From contig JBIICS010000003.1 of NCBI GenBank assembly GCA_044238735.1, positions 1 through 49,883 on the forward strand: DNA of 49,883 nt, read 5' to 3'. Source of the stretch: Bacteroidia bacterium (GTDB taxonomy: Bacteria; Bacteroidota; Bacteroidia; UBA4408). The position numbers and the translations under genes were made by a program. The notes under the pieces were generated by a model, which saw nothing but the letters and a program-made list of their open reading frames with translations, had not been told where the DNA came from and did no database searches. Position 1 is the first letter of the stretch; each line of letters starts with the position of its first letter. This document shows positions 30,231 to 39,527 of the stretch, in pieces.

Positions 30231-31321
30231 GGTTTTGCATTCACTTTTCGGTTAATGTCTAATCGCAAAGAAATGACATTAGAATATAACGCCACCGACT
30301 GGTCGCCAATATCAGTTAAGGCATAATCTATACTAAACATTTTTATTTTTATTCCAACACCAAAATTAGGTTGCATAGTATATTCCAGTTTACCGGTAAT
30401 ATCTGTTGCCTGCTGTATATTGCCAATACCAGCTCTTATATAAGCTATGTTAGCATAAGAAAATTCCATACCGGCATGAGGGTCTATATTTAGATTTTTA
30501 CTTTTGATTAAAACGTTTCTAAATCCGTCGAAAGTAAAATCGGCATCTAAAATACCGGTTAAAGTAAATTTAGAATTAAAACTGTGTTTATATCCAGAAC
30601 TTAATATAATGCGGGGAGCGGTAATCTCGGTACTGTTTACGGGAATTTCGTTTCCGGTTGCGGCAAATACTTCTTTGGTTTTATCATTTAAGTTGTACGA
30701 CCATGCATTAAAAGTATTGGTGATATCTCTACCCATGGCTCCAAAACGCCAATTGTTTTTGTGATATTGAATTCCGGCATCCAATCCGAACCCCCACGAT
30801 TTACCAAAGCCACCAATAATACGATGGATAATTTTTGCATTAGCTCCAATAGTTAAACCCTTGATTTTAGTTTTTCTTGCTGCAGAAAAGAAAAAAGCAT
30901 TATCAGCAATTGAAAAACTAGAAATTCGGCTATAATCTACCACTCCATTTGCATCAATCAATTCTATAGTGTTTGGAATATCATCAACACCAAAACGTAT
31001 AAAAGATGCAGAAACGGTTGTATTTGAGTCTACCCTTGTTCCAAATGCGCCGTAATCAAACTTGGCAATACCGGCAAAATAACTGCTGTGCATTAAAGCC
31101 AGTTGCGCCTTGTCTTCCATTCGAGCCAGACCGGCCGGATTCCAATAACCAGATGTAACATCGTTTACAATTGAAGCCTGTGCACCCGACATGCCTAAAC
31201 CTCTGGCGCCCACCCCAATGTTTAAGAATTCGTTACTGTACTTTCTGATGCTTTGTGCATTAGCAAACTGACTTATGATTATTAAAATGCTGATGTGTAT
31301 ATAAATCCGGGATGTTTTCAT
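30227..31321 (-). CDS. PorV/PorQ family outer membrane protein
   Basis: RKYSNEFLNIGVGARGLGMSGA and SGYWNPAGL (FadL-like PorV family N-terminus); overlaps the start of the C25 gene. Confidence 0.85.
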   Translation of the reverse strand: MKTSRIYIHISILIIISQFANAQSIRKYSNEFLNIGVGARGLGMSGAQASIVNDVTSGYWNPAGLARMEDKAQLALMHSSYFAGIAKFDYGAFGTRVDSNTTVSASFIRFGVDDIPNTIELIDANGVVDYSRISSFSIADNAFFFSAARKTKIKGLTIGANAKIIHRIIGGFGKSWGFGLDAGIQYHKNNWRFGAMGRDITNTFNAWSYNLNDKTKEVFAATGNEIPVNSTEITAPRIILSSGYKHSFNSKFTLTGILDADFTFDGFRNVLIKSKNLNIDPHAGMEFSYANIAYIRAGIGNIQQATDITGKLEYTMQPNFGVGIKIKMFSIDYALTDIGDQSVALYSNVISLRLDINRKVNAKP

Positions 31322-31348
31322 TTTAGAGTTGATGCTTTGGCACTAACA

Positions 31349-31356
31349 CAAATTTA
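31349..31356 (-). promoter_or_regulatory. Internal -7 promoter element upstream of the PorV-family gene
   Basis: Minus strand reads TAAATTTG in the 57-bp gap. Confidence 0.55.
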
Positions 31357-31378
31357 ACCTAAAAATTGTACAATTTTC

Positions 31379-32845
31379 TTAATTTTTCTTAATAGCAACC
31401 GTATAAGGATCTACTGATAATTCGTGACTTTTTGGAATTAATTCCATTGTTTCGCAGTTAATAAATACAACGTTACCGTTTTTACCGGCACAATCGGTGG
31501 TGTGGTGAGGTGCAGGGCCACCCGGGCTAATATTTCGGTTAGTAACCCAAATACTGTTGGTTGATTCATCGTATGCAAGTCCATGGGGTTGAAAACCCGA
31601 ATACAGATGTTTTACCAGATTATTGGTTCCGATATCAATGATAGAGATTACTCCTTTTCGTTTTAAAGCTGCATTATTTAAATTAATATCATCTTCCATA
31701 CAACTAACGTAAAGTCTGTTTTTTTTAGGATCCAAGGTCATTTCTAATGGATATTCTCCAACCGGAATTACCTTAATAAGCTGATCGCTTTGGGTTTCCA
31801 AAACTCTTACTTCGTTGGAGCTTTGGCAGGTAACATAGTAGTATTGTTCATCCGGAGTAAAAAATATTTCATGTGCATCGTACTTTGAAGTTAAACTCGG
31901 CGTTTCTCCATTACCCAAAACAATTTGATCAACGGATGGAAACAAAGGATCGCTGATATCTAGTTTATAAATGAAGTTTCCGGTTTGAGCCGTTAAATAA
32001 AGCCATTTTCCATCCTTTGTAACATAACTTCCATGTGGGTAGTTTAAAAATCCTGGTCCCTGATATAGTTTAACTAAACTCAATTGCTCTAGATCAATGT
32101 AAGCCACCTTGCCCTCGGCACTCCAATCTACCACAAAAGCTTTTTTAGAATCCGAACTTATGGTAACCGTATTCCAGTTGCCCAAGCCAATTTCTATGTT
32201 AGCTAGAAGTTTATCGTCGGTTGTGTTATACACTTGCAAAACACTTCCATTAATAAATGTAACAACCCACTTTTTGTTATCAGGACTAACTTTAACCTGA
32301 TGCGGTGATTCGGTTATACCACTTAAAACACCTACCTCAACATAGTTAGAAACAACCTTAAATTTCAAATCCATTACCGCTACAATATCGCAACCCTGGT
32401 TTGTGATGTATGCCTTTTCTCTCCCCGGGCTATCTTTAAAAAATTTTTCACCGTTTCGGTTAGGAGCTCCAACACTAATCCAGTTTCTTATAGTTTCAAT
32501 CTCTTGTTTGCTTAGAACCGGATTATTAACCGGCATTGTTGGGGAGTTAGATACACCTAAATCCTGATGTATATTTACAAAAGTAAAAAATGGGCTTTTA
32601 TTGGGAAACCCACCAACCACTGAAGCACCGCTATTTGCTCCTTTAAAAAGATCACTCCAGGTTTCCAGGGATAAACCCGAGGCCGCTGTTTTATCATTTT
32701 GAGTATGACAGCCGGCTGTTGCACATTTGTTTTTGGTAATCAGCGCAATTTCGTTAGGAAATTCAGTAACAGAAAGTTCATTTTCAAAATTCCCGTATTT
32801 ACAGGAACTTATAAAGATAATTAGTATGAAAACATAATATTTCAT
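31379..32845 (-). CDS. Lipoprotein with N-terminal c-type cytochrome-like domain (CX4CH) and YncE-like beta-propeller
   Basis: Lipobox ISSC; CATAGCH motif then L..IR.WI..GAP; YVTN-type repeats (PHQVKVSPD, PHGSYVTKDG, PHGLAYD). Confidence 0.75.
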   Translation of the reverse strand: MKYYVFILIIFISSCKYGNFENELSVTEFPNEIALITKNKCATAGCHTQNDKTAASGLSLETWSDLFKGANSGASVVGGFPNKSPFFTFVNIHQDLGVSNSPTMPVNNPVLSKQEIETIRNWISVGAPNRNGEKFFKDSPGREKAYITNQGCDIVAVMDLKFKVVSNYVEVGVLSGITESPHQVKVSPDNKKWVVTFINGSVLQVYNTTDDKLLANIEIGLGNWNTVTISSDSKKAFVVDWSAEGKVAYIDLEQLSLVKLYQGPGFLNYPHGSYVTKDGKWLYLTAQTGNFIYKLDISDPLFPSVDQIVLGNGETPSLTSKYDAHEIFFTPDEQYYYVTCQSSNEVRVLETQSDQLIKVIPVGEYPLEMTLDPKKNRLYVSCMEDDINLNNAALKRKGVISIIDIGTNNLVKHLYSGFQPHGLAYDESTNSIWVTNRNISPGGPAPHHTTDCAGKNGNVVFINCETMELIPKSHELSVDPYTVAIKKN

Positions 32846-35022
32846 TACTCTTTCAATAATTTAAACACTTTGTGTTCAAAATTGTTTAGCACCTTTACAA
32901 AATATAAGCCGGAGGTGAGCATCGAAATATCTACAGTTTCATTGGGCTGGTAATTAGCCTCTAAAATTAATTTACCTGCTAAATTATATATTTCAAAAAT
33001 CACTTTAGTATTTAACTGATGAAACTTAAAACTGTTTGTAGCTGGGTTAGGAAAAATTGTAAGGTTTTGTAAAGACAATTTTGAGAAACCGGTACTTTTA
33101 ATAACGCTAAACAGACGAACACCTCCGGCATAATTTCCAATTAGCATTTCATTAATACCGTCGTTGTTTAAATCAGCTATTGCTGGATGGGTTCTAAATC
33201 CTAAATTAAGATTAGCTACACTATCGTTTACTAATGAAAAGGTTCCGGTTAAATTACCGTCGATATTGCCAAATTTAAGAATAGGACCATTTGCAGAACC
33301 TACATACAAGACCGTGTTATTATCTTCTTTACAGAAAGCAGGCGAAGCATAACCTACCGAATTTCCCTGAATGGCCGCTATATTAATGTTTCCGAATGGT
33401 TTTTTTATAAGTTTAAACTTTGATAATCCACTTGTAGCAGTATCTTGATAATAACTGAGCCTTCCATCGCTGCCTCCAATTATAAGATCGAGGCGATTAT
33501 CGTTATTTAAATCGTATAAAGTTGGTTTTGCAAAATTGCCTACATCAATGTTTTGCATTTTAGTTTGCTTTAAGCTAAAACTAGCTGTATTTCCATTTCC
33601 TGCTGTGTTTTCAAAAAACATAATTTCACCCACACTGGTTCCGATAAGCATGTCTTTATCCCCATCATAATCAACATCGCCAAAACAGGGAGCCAAGTTA
33701 GCAAGTGGCGCATATTGCAGTAAACCTGCAAAGTCGCTATTATCTAGTGTAAATTTAGGTTTTTGCAAGGTGCCGGTATTTTTATACGATACCAGCTTAG
33801 AGTTGCCAACGCCGTTTACTTTATAAGAATAATTACCGATGATAATGTCGGTAAGTCCATCCTGATTATAGTCAAAAAAACTAGGGAATGCACCCTCCCC
33901 CACATCAATCATTTGATCCTGTAAAAAATTACGTTGCTGTAATTCCAGGTAAACTGCTTTTGAGGTATCAATATCCTTATATAGCCAAACATTAGAAAAA
34001 TTATCAGAAGCATTAGGTCCATTTGGACAAGCGATCACATCGTTTTGTCCGTCGTTATTAGCATCAATACTATAGAAAGCAGGAAAGATGTATAAATTAA
34101 CCGGCACATCATAGCTAGGAAAAATACTATCCTGTGAACTGATGTAAGCTTCATTTATGGTGCCACTATTGAATAAAAAGGTTGCTTTAGGAAAAGAAAT
34201 ATCACCCAACACAACTTCTTTATCTCCATCACCATCGCTATCAAAAGCGAAAACGGTAGAACCCGCATGTTGTATATTTTGGTCTTCCACAACAAAACCC
34301 CATCCCCTGCATGTTTGATTAAGGTAAACGGAATTGGTAGCAAAATCTTCCTTTACTTTTCCCCAGCAGGCATCTTCCAGTTTAAATTGATCCAGTTTAC
34401 AACCTTGTCCGTTTTCTATGGAATAATTTCTGTGATACTCGATGGTGGTACCTCCAACGGGGAAAGTCAGCACATCTAAATCCCCATCATTATCCATATC
34501 AATTATTGCAGGAATATCAACCCTGGAAACATATAAATTCGAAATTAAATTACCCCCAAAATCGCTGTTTACCATGTTACTGGCTAATTCAAAACTTAGT
34601 TCGGTTGACGAAGATGTATTATAAAAAACTTTGAAGCCATTTCCAACACTGCTTAACACATCTTGTTTTCCATCGCAATTAAGGTCGCGAAGCAAAACCC
34701 AATCGGTTAAACCATCAGGAAATTTACTTTCATACTGAGGTGCGTAAACAAATTTAATAGTATCTATTCCTCCTTTATTTAGGTAGGTAGTTATACGGTT
34801 TCCATTTCGGTCAAAAACAAACAAATCCTTTTTACCGTCGTTATTTAAATCCATTTCGGATAACTGAGCATTATTTATTCCGCCGGCCCAAGCAGAATTT
34901 AAAATTCTTCCACCCTGAATAACTTCTATACTATCTATAGGAGTAAGATCTTGTGCTTTTAATAAAACGGATTGAAAAAGAAAAAAGTCAATTACAAATA
35001 AAATAAGGATGAGTCGCATCAT
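32845..35022 (-). CDS. FG-GAP/VCBS repeat protein with T9SS type A CTD
   Basis: Many DxNxDGxxD loops; CTD IFPNPATN...SGLYFVKV...KLLKE. Start moved from 35061 to ATG 35022 (MMRLILILF signal peptide; a -7 element at 35038-35045 lies inside the longer ORF). Confidence 0.88.
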   Translation of the reverse strand: MMRLILILFVIDFFLFQSVLLKAQDLTPIDSIEVIQGGRILNSAWAGGINNAQLSEMDLNNDGKKDLFVFDRNGNRITTYLNKGGIDTIKFVYAPQYESKFPDGLTDWVLLRDLNCDGKQDVLSSVGNGFKVFYNTSSSTELSFELASNMVNSDFGGNLISNLYVSRVDIPAIIDMDNDGDLDVLTFPVGGTTIEYHRNYSIENGQGCKLDQFKLEDACWGKVKEDFATNSVYLNQTCRGWGFVVEDQNIQHAGSTVFAFDSDGDGDKEVVLGDISFPKATFLFNSGTINEAYISSQDSIFPSYDVPVNLYIFPAFYSIDANNDGQNDVIACPNGPNASDNFSNVWLYKDIDTSKAVYLELQQRNFLQDQMIDVGEGAFPSFFDYNQDGLTDIIIGNYSYKVNGVGNSKLVSYKNTGTLQKPKFTLDNSDFAGLLQYAPLANLAPCFGDVDYDGDKDMLIGTSVGEIMFFENTAGNGNTASFSLKQTKMQNIDVGNFAKPTLYDLNNDNRLDLIIGGSDGRLSYYQDTATSGLSKFKLIKKPFGNINIAAIQGNSVGYASPAFCKEDNNTVLYVGSANGPILKFGNIDGNLTGTFSLVNDSVANLNLGFRTHPAIADLNNDGINEMLIGNYAGGVRLFSVIKSTGFSKLSLQNLTIFPNPATNSFKFHQLNTKVIFEIYNLAGKLILEANYQPNETVDISMLTSGLYFVKVLNNFEHKVFKLLKE

Positions 35023-35037
35023 ATTGCTTAATTTACA

Positions 35038-35045
35038 CAAAATTA
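35038..35045 (-). promoter_or_regulatory. -7 promoter element for the FG-GAP gene
   Basis: Minus strand reads TAATTTTG, 15 nt upstream of ATG 35022. Confidence 0.55.
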
Positions 35046-35119
35046 GGGGGATTTTGAGCAAGGGGGATTTTAAATATATAAATACCTGATTTTCATATAT
35101 CTATAACGCCAAAAAAGAC

Positions 35120-35151
35120 TTTGGTTTTAATAAACTTAAAAGTTATATTTG
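35120..35151 (+). promoter_or_regulatory. Bacteroidota sigma-70-type promoter for secDF
   Basis: TTTG (35120-35123), 20-nt spacer, TATATTTG (35144-35151): full -33/-7 consensus. Confidence 0.8.
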
Positions 35152-35188
35152 CACCTCATTTTTTGATTTAAAGTATAATTAAATAAAC

Positions 35189-38100
35189 ATGCAGAACAAA
35201 GGTGCCATCAGGCTTTTTGCCATTTTACTTGCGCTGGTTTGTATTTACCAGTTATCATTTACGTTAAAAACCTATTTTGTTGAACAAGATGCCAAAGAAT
35301 TTGCTGGCGGCGATCCAAAAAAAGAGAAAGCTTATTTAGATTCAGTTGCGGGTCAGCCGGTTTACAACCTCTTGCTTAAAAAATACACTTACAAAGAATG
35401 TAAGGAAAGAGAAATTAATTTGGGTCTGGATTTAAAAGGAGGTATGAACGTAACCTTAGAGGTTTCTATGGTTGATTTAATCCGCTCGATGAGTAACTAC
35501 AACACGGATGAAAAGTTTAATAAAGCTTTGGTTCGTGCTACTGAAATGCAGAAAAGCAGTCAGGATGATTACGTTACGCTTTTCGGTAAGGCTTTTGAAG
35601 AAGTAAATCCGGGTGCAAAATTATCAGCCATATTTAATACGGTTGAGCTTAAAAATAAAGTTAAATACGAATCAACTAATGAAGAGGTTATCAAAGTAAT
35701 TAGAGAAGAAGCAAAAGGTGCATTTGATCGTTCATTTAATATTTTACGTACCCGTATTGATAAATTTGGAGTAACTCAACCAAACATCCAAAAATTAGAT
35801 GCATCAGGACGCATTTTAGTTGAATTACCGGGAGTTAAAGAACCTGAGCGTGTTAGAAAACTTTTACAAGGAACCGCAAATTTAGAGTTTTGGGAAACTT
35901 TCGAAAATGCTGAGGTTGCAGGTTTATTAGATAAAGCAAACACAAAACTTGCAAACATTAAAGCTGGCAAAACCGAAAATGACTCAACCGCTGCTTCTAA
36001 AGATTCTACGGCAACCGCCTCAGCGGCTGTTGAAGTAAAGGACAGTGCTAAAGCAGACAAAAAAGGAGCAGAAGGCCTTTTAACTAAATTAGACAATAAA
36101 GAAAAAACAGATACTGGCGTTGCTACAAAAGCGGGTAAAGCCGGAAGCATTAAAGATACTTCTGCTGCAGCTAAAAATCCTTTATTTAGTGTTTTACAAC
36201 CATCGGTTTATCAAAACGATAAGGGCATGTATTTAACCCCAGGTCCCGTAGTTGGTATAGTTGCTTTAAAGGACACTGGCAAAGTAAATGCACTATTAAA
36301 CATGCCCGAAATTAAATCGTTATTCCCTCGTAACTTACGTTTGTTATGGAGTGTAAAAGCATTTGACAAGGCTGGAAATTTTGTACAATTAGTAGCCATA
36401 AAAGTGAGTAGCCGCGATGGAAGGGCGCCTTTAGATGGTTCTGTGATTGTTGATGCAACGGGTGATTACAGTCAGTCTTCATCTGCTGCCGAAGTAGGCA
36501 TGACCATGAACGGAGAGGGTGCTGCATTATGGAAACGTTTAACAGCAGATAATATTGGAAAATCGGTAGCGATTGTATTAGATAATTATGTATACTCCTT
36601 CCCAACTGTTCAGTCTGAGATATCAGGCGGCCGTTCTCAAATAACCGGAAATTTTGATATTAATGAAGCAAAAGATTTAGCTAACATTTTAAAAGCAGGT
36701 AAAATGCCGGCTCCGGCTCGCATTGTATCCGAGGCCATTGTCGGACCTTCTTTAGGTCAAGAAGCCATTAACGCTGGTTTAGCGTCTTTTGCCATAGCAC
36801 TTATTTTAGTTCTAATTTTCATGGGTATATATTACAACAAGGCCGGCTGGATTGCAGATATAGCTTTGTTTGCTAACTTATTCTTTATTATGGGAGTTCT
36901 AGCTTCTTTGGGTGCAGTGCTTACCTTACCGGGTATTGCTGGTATGGTTTTAACTATTGGCCTATCTGTTGATGCGAATATTTTAGTGTTTGAACGTATA
37001 CGCGAAGAATTGAATTCTGGCGCTTCCACATCAGCGGCTATCCGCGAAGGTTTTAAAGGAGCTTTATCCTCTATTATCGATTCTAACGTTACTACATTAA
37101 TATTAGGGGTTATTCTTTACATATTTGGTTCCGGACCCATTCAAGGTTTTGCAACTACATTAATTATCGGTATTTGTACTTCTTTGTTTTCTGCATTATT
37201 TATAACACGCTTAATTTTCGAATATCTCTTAGTTAAAGAATCTCAAATTTCTTTCTATAATGATTTCTCTAAAAATGCATTTAAGAACTTAAAATTCAAC
37301 TTTGTTGGTAACAGGATTAAATACTACATCTTCTCCGGATTAATTATAGTTGCCGGTGTTGTTGGTTTATTTACCAATGGCTTAAATTTCGGTATCGATT
37401 TTAAAGGTGGGCGCTCTTATGTGGTAAGATTTGAAAAGTCGGATGTAACTTCCTCTAACATTCGTGAAGTACTTGCCGGACCACTTTCTAACGCTCCAGA
37501 AGTTAAAACATACGGTTCCAGTAATCAGTTAAAGATTACAACTACATACCTAATCAGTGAAAACTCTCAGGACGTAGATTCTAAAGTTGAAAAAACCTTA
37601 ACGGATGCATTAAATGCAAAAGGTTTAAAACACGAAATAATGAGTTCTCAGCGTGTAGGAGAAAATATTTCGGATGATATTAAACAAGGCGCTGTATGGT
37701 CTATTTTAATTGGATGTGCCTTAATGTTTGTGTTTATTGTTATTCGTTTTAGTCAGTGGCAATTTGGCTTGGGTGCGGTTGTAGCCTTACTTCACGATGT
37801 GTTAGTGGTATTATCGGTATTTGCCATTTTAAATGGTGTGGTCCCTTTTGCACTAGAAATTGACCAGCATTTTATTGCAGCAATTTTAACTGTTATGGGA
37901 TATTCGATGACAGATACCGTGGTGGTATTCGATCGTATTCGCGAGTATTTACATCTCAATAATAAAACCGAGTTAAGTGGAAATGAGAAAAGAAATGTAA
38001 TAAACGATGCATTAAATAATACCTTAAGTCGAACTTTAATTACTTCTTTAACTATCTTCTTGGTTCTATTGGCTATTTTCTTATTTGGTGGTGAAGTTAT

Positions 38101-38215
38101 CCGTGGATTCTCGTTTGCCTTATTAATTGGTATTGTAATTGGAACTTATTCTTCATTATGTATAGCTACTCCGGTGGTTGTAGATTTTGAGAAAAAAGCT
38201 GTAGATAAAAACTAG
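35189..38215 (+). CDS. secDF: Protein translocase subunit SecDF (fused)
   Basis: NLGLDLKGG, RTRIDKFGVTQP, VDANILVFERIREEL, GIDFKGG, DTVVVFDRIRE, TLSRTLITS. Confidence 0.98.
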   Translation: MQNKGAIRLFAILLALVCIYQLSFTLKTYFVEQDAKEFAGGDPKKEKAYLDSVAGQPVYNLLLKKYTYKECKEREINLGLDLKGGMNVTLEVSMVDLIRSMSNYNTDEKFNKALVRATEMQKSSQDDYVTLFGKAFEEVNPGAKLSAIFNTVELKNKVKYESTNEEVIKVIREEAKGAFDRSFNILRTRIDKFGVTQPNIQKLDASGRILVELPGVKEPERVRKLLQGTANLEFWETFENAEVAGLLDKANTKLANIKAGKTENDSTAASKDSTATASAAVEVKDSAKADKKGAEGLLTKLDNKEKTDTGVATKAGKAGSIKDTSAAAKNPLFSVLQPSVYQNDKGMYLTPGPVVGIVALKDTGKVNALLNMPEIKSLFPRNLRLLWSVKAFDKAGNFVQLVAIKVSSRDGRAPLDGSVIVDATGDYSQSSSAAEVGMTMNGEGAALWKRLTADNIGKSVAIVLDNYVYSFPTVQSEISGGRSQITGNFDINEAKDLANILKAGKMPAPARIVSEAIVGPSLGQEAINAGLASFAIALILVLIFMGIYYNKAGWIADIALFANLFFIMGVLASLGAVLTLPGIAGMVLTIGLSVDANILVFERIREELNSGASTSAAIREGFKGALSSIIDSNVTTLILGVILYIFGSGPIQGFATTLIIGICTSLFSALFITRLIFEYLLVKESQISFYNDFSKNAFKNLKFNFVGNRIKYYIFSGLIIVAGVVGLFTNGLNFGIDFKGGRSYVVRFEKSDVTSSNIREVLAGPLSNAPEVKTYGSSNQLKITTTYLISENSQDVDSKVEKTLTDALNAKGLKHEIMSSQRVGENISDDIKQGAVWSILIGCALMFVFIVIRFSQWQFGLGAVVALLHDVLVVLSVFAILNGVVPFALEIDQHFIAAILTVMGYSMTDTVVVFDRIREYLHLNNKTELSGNEKRNVINDALNNTLSRTLITSLTIFLVLLAIFLFGGEVIRGFSFALLIGIVIGTYSSLCIATPVVVDFEKKAVDKN

Positions 38216-38235
38216 AATAAAGTTTTTTTCAACTT

Positions 38236-38262
38236 AATAACCCTCCACGGAGGGTTTTTTAT
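38236..38262 (+). terminator. Intrinsic terminator after secDF
   Basis: AACCCTC-CACG-GAGGGTT followed by TTTT. Confidence 0.8.
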
Positions 38263-38270
38263 TTATAAGC

Positions 38271-38302
38271 TTGTACTAATAAACATAATGCAATTATTTT
38301 TG
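38271..38302 (+). promoter_or_regulatory. Promoter for the cytochrome c peroxidase gene
   Basis: TTG (38271-38273), 21-nt spacer, TATTTTTG (38295-38302). Confidence 0.55.
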
Positions 38303-38321
38303 TATTAAAGAAAAGAGTTTT

Positions 38322-39377
38322 ATGAAAACGAAAATACTTAAGCCTATTTTTATTACTGCGGCACTTGCCTTTGCTGCATGCGGTGGAAATAAAGAGCATG
38401 AAAATAAATCGGATACGGACGAGCAGGAACACCTCCGTTACGATGAAAGTTTAAAAGGCAAACTGGATGTATTTGGAAAATTACCAGCAGAAGCTATTAG
38501 TGAAACCAATGGATTAAATCCGGCAAAAATTGCGCTAGGCCACAAACTATACTTCGATAAGCAATTATCCAAAGATGGAAATATTAGTTGTAATTCTTGC
38601 CATAATTTAGAATCGTATGGAGTTGATAATCTCCCCAATTCTCCGGGTGATGCCGGCAAAAATGGAGACCGAAACTCTCCAACTGTTTTAAATGCATCTC
38701 TTCATAGCGCTCAATTCTGGGACGGCAGAGCCAAAGATGTTGAAGAACAAGCCGGTATGCCCGTCTTAAATCCTATAGAAATGGCAATACCCAATAAACA
38801 GTTCTTGGTGGATAGACTATCTAAAATAGCCGAATATAAAAAAATGTTTAACGATGCTTTCCCGGGTGAAAATAATTCCATTTCGTATGATAACATACAA
38901 AAAGCAATTGCTGCTTTCGAAAGAAAGTTGATTACACCTAGTCGATTCGATCAATATTTGGCTGGGGAATCTAAGGCATTAACGGTTTTAGAGAAAAAAG
39001 GCCTGGCTTCATTCATCAGTATAGGCTGCACGTCTTGTCATGCCGGAAATACACTGGGTGGAAATAAATTTCAGAAATTCGGGGTGTTTGGCAACTACTG
39101 GGATTATACCAAGAGCACTAAAATTGACGAAGGAAAGTACAATGTAACTAAACAAGAAACCGATAAGTATATATTTAAGGTACCCTCTTTACGTAATATC
39201 GAGAAAACACATCCTTATTTTCATGACGGAAGTATAAAAGAATTAGGAAGTGCAGTTGAAATTATGGCAAAATCGCAATTAAATTATGAGTTAAATAAGG
39301 ATGAAAAGGAAAACATTGTTGCCTTTTTAAAAACACTTACCGGTGATATCCCAGCGGCTTATAAGAAAGCGCCTTAA
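38322..39377 (+). CDS. Di-heme bacterial cytochrome c peroxidase (lipoprotein)
   Basis: Lipobox FAAC; CNSCH and CTSCH heme sites; RNSPTVLN, QFWDGRA, FKVPSLRNI, PYFHDGS. Confidence 0.93.
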   Translation: MKTKILKPIFITAALAFAACGGNKEHENKSDTDEQEHLRYDESLKGKLDVFGKLPAEAISETNGLNPAKIALGHKLYFDKQLSKDGNISCNSCHNLESYGVDNLPNSPGDAGKNGDRNSPTVLNASLHSAQFWDGRAKDVEEQAGMPVLNPIEMAIPNKQFLVDRLSKIAEYKKMFNDAFPGENNSISYDNIQKAIAAFERKLITPSRFDQYLAGESKALTVLEKKGLASFISIGCTSCHAGNTLGGNKFQKFGVFGNYWDYTKSTKIDEGKYNVTKQETDKYIFKVPSLRNIEKTHPYFHDGSIKELGSAVEIMAKSQLNYELNKDEKENIVAFLKTLTGDIPAAYKKAP

Positions 39378-39527
39378 ACTTTTATATTAAAATCTTAGAA
39401 CTCTACGAAAATTAAATAGTATACTAACTTTTATTAAGGCTTTAGTCGATATGTTAAAGTATCTCAAATAAAATGTTAGTTCTTTACTACACATATTCTT
39501 ATTTCTATTTTAGAACAAATTATTTTT

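Noticed and set aside
38322-39377. MbnH/MauG partner of the MbnP-family protein
   Set aside because: It is about 10 kb away under its own promoter, and the sequence (including IMAKSQL near the C-terminus) fits a conventional bacterial cytochrome c peroxidase; not excluded without phylogeny.
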